Below, one piece after another: positions 42,897 through 42,918 of a DNA stretch of 42,918 nucleotides (the stretch's first letter is position 1; every line of letters begins with the position of its first letter). Location of the stretch: NCBI GenBank assembly GCA_025726505.1, contig GCA_025726505.1_4340.1; one strand, 5' to 3'. Under the pieces are notes generated by a model, which made no database searches, was not told where the DNA came from, and saw nothing but the letters and a program-made list of their open reading frames with translations. Position numbers and translations under genes: made by a program. The stretch is from a phage.

Positions 42897-42918
42897 CTAG
42901 TCATTGCAGAAAATAGAT

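Noticed and set aside
1-42918. Integrase, cI-type repressor, tRNA genes, CRISPR array, classic toxin-antitoxin pair
   Set aside because: None recognised by eye in any frame; tRNA absence is not proven without tRNAscan-type analysis.

Overview
The 42,918-bp window reads as an essentially complete genome of a virulent siphovirus with T1/Jersey-like organisation; no integrase or cI-type repressor was seen. Everything here comes from reading the sequence and ORF translations by eye: no database search, HMM or folding program was run, and self-derived coordinates may be off by 1-2 nt. Layout: (i) a leftward early operon of small genes ending in a two-membrane-protein + GH24 endolysin lysis cassette (99-4324, minus strand); (ii) a rightward DNA-metabolism operon (4829-15928) with an AlpA-like HTH, AEP primase-helicase, Cas4/RecB-like exonuclease, gp2.5-like SSB, family A DNA polymerase, VRR-NUC nuclease and SF2 helicase; (iii) a leftward late operon (40833 down to 15957) from terminase through capsid and tail genes to a tailspike. 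The most unusual content: two opposite-strand cassettes interrupt the structural module (a five-gene island at 25877-28025 with a secreted protein, an HTH-metallophosphoesterase fusion and a membrane protein; a PAPS-reductase-like enzyme at 35156-35971); an HslV/proteasome-like Ntn hydrolase sits in the early operon; a spanin pair lies far from the lysis cassette; and a promoter/operator element built on the palindrome AATAG-N4-CTATT recurs at least six times. Three replication proteins share a C-terminal EDLE tail.
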